A stretch of DNA of 62,808 bases, filler included, from 9 parts of 9 records of this genome joined end to end with filler, not necessarily neighbours in it; one strand, 5' to 3'. Shown: positions 44,951-56,681, counted from the first letter of the whole stretch. Numbers and translations are program-made. The notes: generated by a model from the letters alone, not told the origin.

Positions 44951-46498
44951 TTAACTCGTCGGCATCAAGCTCCTCAATAAGAAGTGGTTGTTGAAGCTCT
45001 GTCCACAGAAATTTTGTATTTCATTGGTGTAGTTTCCTATTTGGCTCGTGATGAGCAGCGAATCAAACCGCGGCGGTTCTTGAAGGGGTTTGAACATCGG
45101 GTTGTTTGCCAAATCATCATCGGTCAAGGGCTGGACCAAAGCAAGCATCAGTAACAGCCCCAATCCACAAGCATGATCTCAGCAGGTGGCTAAGGGACTC
45201 ACCGCAAGATTCTGACGCTTCCTAGCCTCATTCTCTGTCTTACGCTTCTGCAAGAATGCTGTCTGCTGTGCAACCTGTCTGCTTAGCGCCCGTTGGTGGT
45301 ACTGGAATCGAGAGGATTCTTGTGAGAGCTGCTCAATCGACTCGATCATGCACTCAAAGTTCTTCTCGAGGAAAGGCTCCGCCTCATCACGCTGGCCCAC
45401 CTGACTCGGAGTAAGCAACTGCGAGCCGCGGGTCAGCGGACCGCCTGGGTGCTCTTCTGGCTCCGGAGGCTATCCGGGAGTTGGAGCAGGTAGCCTCTGA
45501 TCAGGTGGCTGTTCCTGATTTGGACTGGAATCTCTTCAAACACCTCGTCCCACGAGAGGCTGGCCTTGGTGATCCTGCCAGCCACCGGTCATGCGGCGTC
45601 GACCCAGCCATAGACGGCCCACAGCCACTGAGCCTCAGCAAGAGAGTTAAAAGAGATTAAATCACAGGGATCATAGGACGGATTCTTCACAGGCAACACG
45701 CTCTCGACAGCCTCATGGGTGTGGAGCACTCACGCTTCGAGCGTGAACTCTTGGCCCTTGTAGAGCTCCATAAAGTCGGCCGACAGTCGGAGCGCCCGGA
45801 TGCCCAGCTTGCCCTGGGCCTGCTGGAGTGGGTCGAACACGAGGCAGACGCATTTGGGGATGCTCTCCTGCACGCCCACTCGCTCAGCGCTGCACTCGGC
45901 CACCGGCAGGACACCTGGTAGCTGTACTGGGTTGTGACCATCGATTCGGTGATGTGCGACCCCAGGTAGGTCGACTGCAGCCACACAGGCTCAGGACTGG
46001 CTCAGTGTAACCCGGTGCCCACCTGGTACCAGCCGACCGTGTTGTTGTCCACGTTAACCTCCCTGCCGGCCGGGCCGCTCAGCCGAGCTGCGGCCGTGGC
46101 GCACCGCAGGCAGCGCATCATCTCCATTTGGTACTCGGCGCCGTCCTCGGCGAACTCGTCGGCCTCGCCCTCTGTGCTCGACGGGAACGGGAAGCAGTTG
46201 GTGACCTCGAGCGTGCTCCCAAAGTCGAGCCCGAGCAGCTGCCCCGTCACCAGCTGCGGCAGGTGCTCCTTGCAATGCTTGACGATCTTGAGCACCACCT
46301 GAGCCGGCTGGTTCCCGCCGAGGCCGCCCGGGGCACCAGCCCGTCCAGCTCCACGCTGTCGAGCTTCTCCGGCTTCTCGCTCGCCTTCTCGGCTTCGAGC
46401 GCTGCTGCGAAGTTCTGCCACACACACACCCGATCACCAAACCCGCAGCCGAGAGCCACTACAACACGCATGCACACGAGCGCAGCCGGGGCTACCAT
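44951..46498 (-). CDS. EIF3H: Translation initiation factor eIF3 subunit H
   Basis: [15 protein letters not shown]...[41 protein letters not shown]...; seven introns including one immediately after the ATG (46415..46495). Confidence 0.95.
45632..45694 (-). ncRNA. Intronic box C/D snoRNA, SNORD81(U81)-like, predicted LSU rRNA 2'-O-methylation guide
   Basis: Inside the 159-nt EIF3H intron 45575..45733: gcct-GTGAAGA(C)...ATGA(D')..GTGATTT(C')..ctcttttaactctcttg-CTGA(D)-ggc; guide complementary to the LSU motif AAGAGAGTTAAAA. Confidence 0.75.
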
Positions 46499-46614
46499 CG
46501 TACGAGCGCGCTGAGACGGCAGGGATTTTATTTCTTTTTGATTTTGCAGCACGACCATTCGGTCTCGCAGTAGCACACGGCAACCGGGGCACACGCGAGT
46601 CTGCACGCGAGATA

Positions 46615-47661
46615 ATGGGCGTCTTTGTGCTGGACGAGCGCTACTTCGCGCTGAACCTGCTGGTGACGGTGGGGATCCAGATGAGCGGATTCGTGGTGGC
46701 CGCGCTGACCAAGAGCGAGAAGCTGTTCGACTTTGCGGGCGGGCTCAACTTTATAGTGATCGCCCTGCTCACGCTCTGCCTGGAAGGCTCGTACAACTCG
46801 CGGAGCGTAGTGTGCGTGGCGATCGTCTGCGTCTCCCGGGCCTACCTGGCCGGCTTCCTGGCCTTCCGGGTGTTCAAGCGCAAGGGCGACTCGCGGTTCG
46901 AGAATGTCCGCGGGAGCGCGCTGGCCACCTTTCTGGCCTACAGCTACCAGATCGTGTGGGTGTACGCCGTCTCCTCCCCGGTGATCTTCATTGTGGGCAC
47001 CGGCAACGGCGGGAACGACCAGCTGGACGGGTTTGAGCCGTCGGATTACGTCGGGGCGGTGGTGGCCAGCCTCGGGGGGCTGTGCGAAGTGGTGGCCGAT
47101 GTTCAAAAGTTCCTGTTCCGGTCGGAGCCGGCCAATAGCCAGCGGGCGTGCGACCAAGGCCTCTGGAGCCTCTCGCGCCACCCGAATTACCTTGGTGAAG
47201 TGACGCTTTGGTGGGGGATATTCGTGTTGGGGGTGGCAGTCTTTTTGAAAAACGGCTCTGGCTGGGCCACGATTGTGTCGCCCATTTTCACCATGGTGCT
47301 GCTGCTGGTCGGCTCCGGGATCCCGACCGCTGAGGGGAGCGCGCTCAAGCGGTTTTACGCCACGCCTGAGTCGACTGAGCGGTTCACTGAGTATTTCGAG
47401 AGCACGCCGCCACTGCTGTGCTGCTGTTGCGGGCTGTACCGGCTACTGCCGGGCTGGGCCAAGCTGGTGTGCTGCTGCGAGCTGCCCATGTACAGGTACT
47501 CGCCGGAGGGCGCGCAGGCTGAGGCGAGCACAGCGCTTTCGGGCGACGGTCCTGCCGACGATATTGCGCTACCGGTGAGTGCGAGCAACGATGATGTGAT
47601 CACTGATGTGATGCCTGAAGAGGTGTCCGGCTCGATCAAACCCCCGGGCCAGAGTATGTGA
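46615..47661 (+). CDS. DUF1295 / steroid 5-alpha-reductase-like membrane protein
   Basis: EKLFDFAGG, KGDSRF, EVVADVQKF.F, GLWSLSRHPNYLGE..LWWG, SGIP motifs; multiple TM helices. Confidence 0.9.
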   Translation: MGVFVLDERYFALNLLVTVGIQMSGFVVAALTKSEKLFDFAGGLNFIVIALLTLCLEGSYNSRSVVCVAIVCVSRAYLAGFLAFRVFKRKGDSRFENVRGSALATFLAYSYQIVWVYAVSSPVIFIVGTGNGGNDQLDGFEPSDYVGAVVASLGGLCEVVADVQKFLFRSEPANSQRACDQGLWSLSRHPNYLGEVTLWWGIFVLGVAVFLKNGSGWATIVSPIFTMVLLLVGSGIPTAEGSALKRFYATPESTERFTEYFESTPPLLCCCCGLYRLLPGWAKLVCCCELPMYRYSPEGAQAEASTALSGDGPADDIALPVSASNDDVITDVMPEEVSGSIKPPGQSM

Positions 47662-47878
47662 GCGGGCACCAATTGTATACAAAAGTATTTGTTCGAATTA
47701 GATTTGAATAAATACTTCTAGGGACCATGCGGTCAAGAATTGATTCGTTTACTGATCAGTGATTTACTCGTACTCGTACGTAGGTACGTAGCTTTTAAGC
47801 ACAGATTCTCCTCTCGAATTTAAGAGATTAATCACATACGACATGCAAGCAACCACTCTCAATGCCGGCGTGATCTCT

Positions 47879-49603
47879 TCATTCTTCCGCTGCCTTGGGC
47901 GTGGGCACAGGCGCGGGCACCTTCAGCCCGAGCGAAGGCGCCAGTTCCGTCGCAATTGCATCGATGTTGATAATCACGGCATCCTTGCCACCTTTGGAGG
48001 CCGGCTTGCTGGCTGTCTTTGGCTCGGTCCAGACGCTCAGTCCAAACTTGGCCACTTGCCTGAGCGCCCGCCAGCTATACAGCATTGAGGTGGTGCTCCT
48101 ATACCTCTGCTCTATCCCATTCTCGGGATCGAGCTCCTCAAGCACTGGCTCTATCAACTCAGCGAGCCCAGGCGCAAACTTCTGTTTCTTGTCCGCCAGC
48201 GACTCGAGGCTGTCCCCGTGGCTTTGCCACAGCTCAGATAGCGCCCGCTGCCCGAGCTGGCCCCTCTTGTTGCTCCCCCACACATCATGCACATTAAACC
48301 GCTTGCGCTTCGCGGCAGCAGGCTCAGACTCTGCCGGCTGGGTCACTTCCTCTGCGTACTTTTCGAACGGGTGGCAGCCGTCCCTCTTCCAGAGGATCCA
48401 ATGGAGCTCCCTCTGGAGCGTGCCCTCGACCACCTGCTTGAACTGGTCACCCTGCTCACCCGCGATCTTCTGGACGAGCGCATACACCCTGGCCTCCAGC
48501 TGGCGGAGTGTCTTCTTCTGCGGCTCCTTGAGACTCTGGGCGGTGCCCGGCAGCCGGGACTGGTGGTGCATCACGCACTGGACCAGGATTAGAAACTGGA
48601 CCAGGATGTGCCGGCAGAAGTACGCGTCATTCAGCTGCAGGTTCATCAGGTTCGAGCTGGTCAGGAACTTTGGGAAATAAAAGTCGCCCTCCCCGCTGCT
48701 CACCGCCGCGCTGGCCGCAGTTGAGGCGATCCAGTGCGCCTCGAACGCCTCGAGCACTGTGTTGGCCTGCTGGTGGAACTCGATCCAATCTGGCGGGTTG
48801 AAAAGCCTGGTCGGCTGGGCAAAGAAATTCTGAAGCGACCAGAACAGCTTGTAGAACTGGGCGTCCCCGCAGATCACTGCCTCGCTCTGCTCGCCGTCTA
48901 TCTCCATCTGTTCCTGCGGCTTGCCGAAGTCCACCTCAGGCTCCTCCTCGTAGTTGGTGGTGTTGGTGGTGTTGTACAGGCTCTTCACGTTGACTGCCGA
49001 TCGCTCGGAGAGCGGGAATGCCCCGGCCAAGAAGATGAGCACTCGGCCGGCGAACACTGTGTTTGTGGTCTTTGAGAGCCGGCGGAGCACCTCGTTGCAC
49101 ATGCGCAGGATGGTCAGCTTGCCCCGCTTGATATAGTCAGCGCTGAGCAGCTTGGCTGAGCGGGACTCGATGTAGTCGAACGCCCGCTCGCAGCCGGAGA
49201 TGGTCTGGCCCTCGATCAGGCTCTCAAGCAAGACGAACGGCTGGACCTATCCCCCCCCCTGTCTCGCCCGAGCCGGGCGGCTGGGGGGCACCTTCTCCGA
49301 GAGGCCTTGCTCGCAGAAAAAGAGCGCCAGATCAAGCAACACGTTGACGCCGACCGCCTGCACCGGCTGCTGTGTGCTGGCGGCCTGATCGCAGACGTGC
49401 TCCAGGGTGAGATTGAGCGCGTAGTCGACCGCCAGCTTCTGCTGCTCCGCAAGCTTGGGCTCTGGCTCCTCTTTGCTAAACTCGAGCTTGCTGAGCAACT
49501 GATCGGTCACGAGCGTCTTGGCCGGCTCGAGCTCCAGCTGCACCGCCTCCCGCAGGCACCCGTGCGCAAGCGTTCGGACCGTCTTCCAGTCGAGCCCGGC
49601 CAT
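47879..49603 (-). CDS. THOC1: THO complex subunit 1 (Hpr1)
   Basis: PFVLLE..CERAFDYIESR..KLTILRMCNEVLRRLSK...FAGRVLIFLA.AFPLSERSAVN; FYKLFWSLQ; FPKFLTS; RELHWILWK.GC. Confidence 0.92.
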
Positions 49604-49667
49604 GATGGATTCCGTTGGCTGAGCCTCGAAACTGAGACGGTGCTGCCGGGGTCGAAAGACGGCGTGC

Positions 49668-51045
49668 ATGCAAGAAGCGGACCCGGATTCCGGTGTCCGA
49701 GCCACCAACGACGACGCTACGGCCAGCAAACTGTGCCACCCCTGGCCACGCCGCTCACTGGTAAGGGAACAGCTCTGCGGCGGCGCGCGGCTATGTCGAG
49801 TGCGGCCAGCCGCTGCAGCCGGCTGAGACTGGGGCCCAGCGACAAGTTCATCGGCCTGATGATCGACGAGGCCCCGCCTCGCCGGCTACCCATGATCAAC
49901 CGAGGTGGCGGTGCCGGGCCACCGGGCGAGCTGGCCGGCAGGCTATTTTGCCCGCCAGTGGGGGATGTCCGCGCTGCTCGAGAGTTACATGTGTGCACAC
50001 CCGCAGGTACAGCTGATCTCGATCGGAGCCGGGTTTGACACACTCTTCTTCCGGATGCAGGCCTCCCCGGGCTCGCCGGTCCGGTGTTAGCTGGGGCAGG
50101 CGGCCGGGAAGGCTCCATTCCGCTGGCTCGAGCTGGACTTGCCCGAGGTGCCGGCAGTGGTGGCACCGGCAGCGGCAGGCCAGGTGGTCCAACGGAAAGT
50201 GGCACGGATCCGGGAGCAGCCTGAGCTGGCAGGGCGACTGGAGGACTGCCGCTATGGTGCTGCCTGGCCTGTATGTGTGAGCTGTTGGCAGATGAGTCCG
50301 GGCTGCTGTCAGCGAGATACTCTGGTGGCGGCACACTGGGATGAGCTGACGGCTGGCAGTGCTGGCGGCTGACGGGAGAGATATCGATTCGGTGGAAGCG
50401 GTGTGTCAGAGGAATGGGCTGGCTCGCTCAGACTGTGTGCAGGCTCTGAGCAAGGCAGAGGCACTGGCTGGCGGGCGGCCAGCTGCCAATGGGCAGGGAC
50501 AGTTGGATCTACAGTTGCCCACCTTTGTGATGGCTGAATGCGTGATGGTCTACTGGTCGCCCGAACCCGCCACCCGGCTGCTCGGCTGGCTGGCTGCACA
50601 GCTGCAGACCGGAGCTTTTGCACTGTATGAGCAGATCAGCGGGGGCAACAGCGCATTCGGGCAGATGATGATCCAAAACCTGGAGCGGCGGGGCTGCCCG
50701 CTACTCGGGATCCTGCCCTCTCTCCAGGCCCAGCGCGACCGGCTGACCAGTTGCGGATGGGAGCTGGCAGAGGCACAGGGTGGGCTGTGGGAGCTAAGCA
50801 GGCCACTGAGCTGGCATGCGCAGATATGAACCACGTGTATCAGCAGATTCCAGCTAAGGAGAGGCAAAGGTGCGCTGGGCGGTGCGCCGGCCGATCAGCA
50901 ATACAGGGTGGAACGGCTGGAGCACTTGGACGAGTTTGAAGAGCACAATATGATGCAGGCACACTACTGCATCGCTTGGGGCCTACTAAGCGCGCAAGCT
51001 AAACTCACGATGACAAGTGAGCTTATTTGCGGTCGTGACCTATAA
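49668..51045 (+). CDS. LCMT1: Leucine carboxyl methyltransferase 1 (PP2A methyltransferase), 11 introns
   Basis: GVRATNDDATASKL, PMINRG|YFAR, QLISIGAGFDTLFFR, ELDLPE, PTFVMAECVMVY, YEQI..AFGQMMIQNL.RGCPL, ERLEHLDEFEE..HYC. Confidence 0.92.
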
Positions 51046-51119
51046 CACAGACCGAAGGGCTGGCAACCGAACCAAGCCGCGACAGTTAGATCAAGCTTGC
51101 TTGAGTATTGCTTGAGGGT

Positions 51120-51201
51120 GTCACCGCAACTATCGATAAGTTACTTATAAAGCTAAGCTGCTGCCGTACGGCTGCCACTGCCCAAGAGCTCCCTCAAGAC
51201 C
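51120..51201 (-). repeat. Degenerate copy of an exon-intron junction of the upstream Sfi1-like gene
   Basis: 51172..51201 matches 52385..52414 at 28/30 nt; intron pieces ATAAAGCTAA and GTCAC(C/T)GCAACT are also shared. Confidence 0.7.
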
Positions 51202-51472
51202 ATACCGCGGCACCTAGATCAAAGCTATACAAACAACGGGCCTACTTCTACCAAGGGAAGCGGGTGCACACGGAAACAGCGGAATGCATAACTCAAATCA
51301 CTTCAAATGGAGTCCTCATGATCAGCAATTGGGACTCCTTAGGGTATCCTTAGGACCACATAAGCTACACAATCATAAGCACCAAAGAAAAAGCCCCTTC
51401 GAGCGTTCACTTGACTTGTTACTATAATCGAAAAATTTATTCATATATTATGTCGATATATTGTGGCCATTC

Positions 51473-53165
51473 TCAACGGAAAGCACCAGATTTGAATACA
51501 TTCTTTTTCGGTGACTCTCTCGCAGGGCCCTTGCTCGATTCAGAGGAATTGCTTGGAGCGGGCCCGGTCCTTTTCGGAGAGTTGCGCGGTGATGGTTCGA
51601 ACGACTTCTCTGTCGTCGATCTTCGCCACTTGACCAAGATCCCATTGAGTCTAACATGCTTCCACCTGAATATGGCTTTTCGCATCAGATCGTCGTAAAA
51701 GAGTTTGATTTCGAGCCAGTCGCGCCAGGCATTCACTGTGCCGCTCAGTGTCCAGCCAAGCCACATATTGAATGCTTCTTCGAGGCCCCGCGCGCCATCC
51801 CACGCCTCAAATCGGTCGAAAAGTGGGTTCTCCTGAGGGCTTGGGTCTCTCAAGTCCGGATCGTCGAGTCCGTATATCCACAACCGGCCTTGTTTGGTAA
51901 TGGCCGCCATGAAGTGTTCTGCAGCTGCAACTGCAATGACCTCCCGGCCTTCCAGAGGAGCCACTTGTTTGGGTAGCTGTGTAGTGAAAGCGATTGGAAC
52001 CACGACAACGTTTCCGGTGCGAGTCTGAACCATCAGATGACGGCTTGTTGATGTAAATTGTGCAGCAAGGGCACCATGCAGCATGAGCGTGCGATCGCGC
52101 CAGGCCCAGGTTCGCTTCTCGCTTCGCGCTGCCACAGTCCAGCTCCTCCATGCATTGAAAGCACCAGTACACGCAGACATCCTCCAGTACTTTGCAGCGC
52201 AGTGCCAGCTCCGGGCGGCGAGCTTTTCGTTTTCAGCACATTGCCTCCATTGCAGCAAGCTTAGCAACATTCTTCTGTCGTACCAATGGCACATAGCGCG
52301 ATCAATGGATTCGAGAGCCTCCTTCCTTTTCCAAGCCAGGACCTGAAATTTTAATCATGTCACTGCAACTTAGATAAAGCTAACCTGCCACTGCCCAAGA
52401 GCACCCTCGAGACCAAAAACAACCCACTGCATCACCTTGCGTTGCCACACCTGCGCAAATTTAATCAGTTTCAGACAACTAAGGTTGCAGCACTACCTCC
52501 ATGGCCTTCTCCATGAGTCGCCGAAGCTCGGCAGCAGAGCGAGCCATGCCTAGCCACCGATTCCATACAGATGTGCACGACATAATCATATAACAGGCAG
52601 TGGCTGCTGCCATGGAGTGACTGCCCTTCTCTGGCCTCCTGTAATTAGCAACCAGTTGGTTCCAGGCCCTAAGGAGACTCAAATTTGCCCACTTATGTGC
52701 TGCATTGCGCAGAGGACCCTGTTCCATAGATTGGCGCAGCCAGATCACAAAACCATCTGACAGACACTTGTGAGTCCAGCGGAACACAGCTTTCATCATC
52801 AAATCTCGCAAGATGATCATATCTAGCCATATGTCGAACGCCCTTCCTTCATCAAGCCAATCGGCGCCATAGAGGGATCTTTCTCTCCAGTGGGCACCTG
52901 CGACGAGCAGTGCACGACGGTCAACCACCTCGCTGGTCCAGGCATTCCAGGCTCGCAACATAGCCTGATTGCACCACTTTTGCAGAGCACATTCGAGTAC
53001 ATTTTGCTGGTTCTTTCGCTCAAATGCATATTCAAGCCACTTGTAGAGTGCTTTGGAAACTAAAGACTCGACCATACGGACAAGAGACTTCCTCAACAAA
53101 GATTTCTGATACCTCCAAGCTTCCACTAGAACTCGCCATGTGTACAGTGCTGCAGCCAGCTTGAC
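51473..53165 (-). CDS. Sfi1-repeat-like (centrin-binding) protein with an RCC1-like repeat, 5'-truncated
   Basis: Regularly spaced A...W.....L...[FW]..W repeats; PKQVAPLEGREVIAVAAAEHFMAAITKQGRLWIYG; two AT-rich introns near 52343-52496. Confidence 0.6.
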
Positions 53166-53265
53166 NNNNNNNNNNNNNNNNNNNNNNNNNNNNNNNNNNN
53201 NNNNNNNNNTTAATTAATTAANNNNNNNNNNNNNNNNNNNNNNNNNNNNNNNNNNNNNNNNNNNN
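53166..53265. other. Artificial contig-joining spacer
   Basis: N44-TTAATTAATTAA-N44. Confidence 0.98.
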
Positions 53266-53562
53266 ACTAAATACCTACCTATACGACAGACCAGTCAAGG
53301 CCAGCTTTTTTTTTTAATTTGAATTTTAATAATAATTCTGTTGATCTTATGAATAGTCGATTACCCACCCATCGCACCTATCATATCATTCTCTAGTCCA
53401 CATTCCGGTGCATTTCAAGATCTTGATTGCATCAGGATTAAAATAAGAAATCTTGTGTGAAGCTCCCCAGCCACCGATCAGAAGAGATGAGATCTTGTTT
53501 GCATACCATCCTTCGCCTCTGCCTATCTGTATTAATTTACATTGCCAGGATCTCAAACATGC

Positions 53563-55269
53563 TCATAAGTCCATTGCAATTGAGCCTTCGACGCTCCGTT
53601 GCATTGACTGAGCCATTCCAAGCACAGCTTGTGCTGCTGGCCGCTTCATCAAGTCTGACCCCACCACCTCCAGGCCAGCTGTGCGAGCTTGGCCGCACCT
53701 GGGTTAATCATTGGCAGGACCAGCTGGTCGAGCCGCTCAGGCCAGCCTTCCTTCCAATCCATCTGCACCTTGCCAGATCTAAGCCAGTGCCACTCATCTC
53801 CACCTGTGTCGGCCTGAGTACCGGCCTGGCAGTTTGGGCCTCACCACTCGGCAGCTCAAATCGGGTGGCCATTTCAAAGAAGATCAGTCCAAGACTGAAC
53901 ACGTCCGACTGCCGAGCAGGCTCAGCGGTTGCCAGCTAGAGAGCAATACCCCGGGAGCCGCCACACCCTTGAGCACCTCGGGCGCCAAGTATATGGGGTC
54001 GCCGTCTTCGTCATCAAACTCCATCACTTTGACTGAGTTGCCAAAGTCGCCTACCTTCAGAAGCTCGCCCTGGTGGAAGATGTTCTCAGGTTTTAAGTCC
54101 ATGTGCAGGATGTTGTGCGCGTGGATATGCGACACAGCCTGCAGTTCGGCTCATATCCGGACTCAGCAGCGCATATCCGGACCTGTGACAGCTGAAGAAT
54201 GAAGTTCATCAGCTGAGAAGCGGACAGCGGGTTGTAATTCAGGTCAAGATAGTCGCGCAGGGTACCGCCTGCGCCGCCGGCAGCTCAGTGAATGCGGCTG
54301 GAGGGCAAGACGGACCTTCGCACAGCTCCATCTGCACGAAGAAGTGGAGCTCGTCCTGCCAGGCCCGGTAGTAGCGCACGATGTTCGGGTGGTCGGGAAT
54401 GTTGGATATCGCCTCTATCTCCTTCATGTACCGATCCCTGCACACGCCACACAAGTTAGGCAATCTCGCCTCTGCCCGGAGCGCACCGATCGCCACGCCC
54501 TGAGAACGAGCGCCGGGACTTCTTCACTGCAAACACCTGGTTGTTTGCGTGGTGCCGGACCTGCCGAGGCGGCGGTCAGCGGCTCCGGCGATCGGCCTGT
54601 AGGCACCTTGAACACTTCACTGAACGAACCCGTGCCGATCATCTCCCACTCGCAAAAGTGTGAGTCGAACATGAAATTAGAGGTAGAGCGCTGTCGACAG
54701 AGCGGCGATGTGTACAGCACCTGACGGCCGGCCCACGGTCAGGCCGCCGCTCGCAGGCTGGAGCCGGGCGGTGGTTCGCACCTTTGTGTCCAGCAGTGTG
54801 TCTTGCCGAGTGAGCCGGGCCTTTGGGTTGGTGTTGTGGATGGCATTGCGGGCCGGGGTGGGCGGCATTTTAGGATTCCCGGCCGGCGTGCCCGTCTTGA
54901 ACTTGCTGTCCAGCTGCATGGTGGATAGCGTGCCGAACGACGGGGCCCGGAACAGGGAGTGGCCGCCAGCGGGCGTATCCGGCATCACCTGCGGCGCGGG
55001 GATGAGTCGGTGCGGTCCGTAGGCCGGGCAGCGGGCACCGGGTTCATGTGGAACGAGTTGGACGCGCTACCTGCCGCAGCCAACGTGAGCACGACCCGAA
55101 GGGATGCGTTACCGGTCGGGGTGCACAGATCGTCATCCATCGACATGCTGTCCGACAGGCTGTGGGAGAGCCGCAGTGGCCCGGCCCCGAATTCGACCGG
55201 GGTGGTCGGCGGCGAGAAGCCTGTGTCATGCGGCGCAGACAGCCACGCCTCGCTACTACAGGCATCCAT
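53563..55269 (-). CDS. WEE1: Wee1/Myt1 family protein kinase
   Basis: IGTGSFSEVFK, FAVKKS, HPNIVRYYRAW, QMELC, HMDLKPENIF, KVGDFG, EDGDPIYLAPE, ADVFSLG, ELPSG.G.EWHWLRSG; N-terminal PPTP/LTRQDTL. Confidence 0.85.
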
Positions 55270-55508
55270 TGCGCGAAGCTCGAAGAATGAAGTCAAATGA
55301 ACTCCTTCCGTTGTGGAGCTGAGCTCACAGACACTGTGAGCAGTTGAGCAGCCCGAATAGGATGATGAATTTTAATCTCATGAATGAACATTGTACAAGC
55401 TAAATTGAGAGGCTCGGCTGGCCTTGTGGCTAGACGACCGGCCCGGGCGAAGCCCTAGCATCAGTAAACAGCTAGAGCTCTAGATAGTTGAATAAATAAT
55501 CGCCATCA

Positions 55509-56465
55509 TCATCTCATCAGCGAGGCCTGCGACCTGCCCCAGAGCTGAGCGAGAGCCTGCCTCAGCACACCTCATGCTCCTGCTAGTCTGAGGCGGCATC
55601 CTGCTCATCTGCGAGACCCGGCTGCGCGCTGTGGACCGACCCGACACGGACGAGCAATCGCCGATCGAGCCTTCGTACTCGGGCACGTCGCCCTCGACAT
55701 ACTCCTCAAACTTGTGAACGAACTTGGACAAGCCTACCCGCCGGCGCTCGATGGCCGACCGACCGACTAGCCGCACCGCCCGTGAGCACAAACACGTTCT
55801 CGATCCCCTTCTCGACAAACAGCGTGCCAGCGTCGGCCGCCATTTTGTCGTCGTCAGCGTAGAGCACGATCATTCTGTCGGGCCGGTTCTTGTATCTGTA
55901 GATCTCCGAGGTAAAGTAGTTTGTGGCGTGGTGCAGCTGGGTGTGCGGGTAGTGCATCGCCATCCGGATATGCCCCGCCAGGTAGGCCTCCTCGCTGCGC
56001 AGGTCCAGCAGCAGGAAGAAGGACTCCTCTACGTCCCGCTCCCCCGCGCATTCGTCGTGCACCGCGGTCTTGTTCTCGTCCTCGCTGCACATGTTGTACA
56101 CGCTCTCCTCCTGCCCGCGCAGCTCAGCCCGGCCCGGCCTGCCCCCGACCTCGATCTCCTCCTCGTCCATCAGCTCCACCAGCTGCGACCCCCTGATCCG
56201 CTTAAAGTACTCGTCCTTCTTGGGCCGGAAGGCTGCCCCCGCCGGTGAGCATCTGCGTCTGCCCGCGCCGCACAGTCGGCGTTCCGGGTCAGCCACTTGG
56301 TGATGGAGGCCCCGGTGTCTATGGTGGCCTGAATGTGCTCGTACCTGTGCCTGCGCTCGCCCCCACCGGCCCGGCCGCGGGCCACTTTGGATTTTGGCGG
56401 ATCCGCTGCTGCAGTGGGTCGCGGGTCTTCCTCCGGACGGCGTGCGAGCCGCATTTCAGCGACAT
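55509..56465 (-). CDS. CEP41: Centrosomal protein 41 (rhodanese-like domain)
   Basis: Spliced N-terminus RIRQNPK|YEHIQATIDTGASITK; KKDEYFKR; FLLLDLR..Y..GHI..YKN..MIVLY..GIENVFVLTGG. 3' end approximate. Confidence 0.9.
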
Positions 56466-56573
56466 TGCTTCACCGAAGCTGCAGCGGCGTCCCGGTGTGC
56501 AAGCCCCTCTTGCAACTTGGATTTTATTCCTAAATCTGGCCGCGATGTTTGTCTAGTACAGACCTAGACTCAG

Positions 56574-56681
56574 ACTCTCCTCCACGATCCGTCAATGACG
56601 CTCTCAAATTTTCGCGTCAATGGCTCACGGACCACAATTTTTGCGTCAATTCCTGATCAGTGACGGATCGTGGAGGAGAGT
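56574..56681. mobile_element. MITE-like non-autonomous DNA transposon (108 bp)
   Basis: Perfect 21-bp TIRs ACTCTCCTCCACGATCCGTCA / TGACGGATCGTGGAGGAGAGT flanked by direct repeats CTCAG (56569..56573, 56682..56686); three CGTCAAT repeats. Confidence 0.75.

Noticed and set aside
45401-45444. GC-AG intron in EIF3H
   Set aside because: A GT donor 3 nt downstream gives a 41-nt intron in the same phase, so GC is not required. Candidate GC donors near 632 and 32861 also have in-phase GT alternatives and were not counted.
49668-51045. Introner-type mobile introns
   Set aside because: Introns share size and GC richness, but I see no extended sequence identity, TIRs or target duplications among them; an all-versus-all alignment would be the proper test.
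55345-55420. Possible C/D snoRNA starting at GATGATGA
   Set aside because: No properly placed CTGA D box, terminal stem or recognisable guide; probably CEP41 3' UTR or WEE1 promoter.
22165-56465. Apparent cluster of cilia/centriole genes (WDR90, CFAP144, Sfi1-like, CEP41)
   Set aside because: They lie on different contigs joined artificially; no synteny can be inferred.
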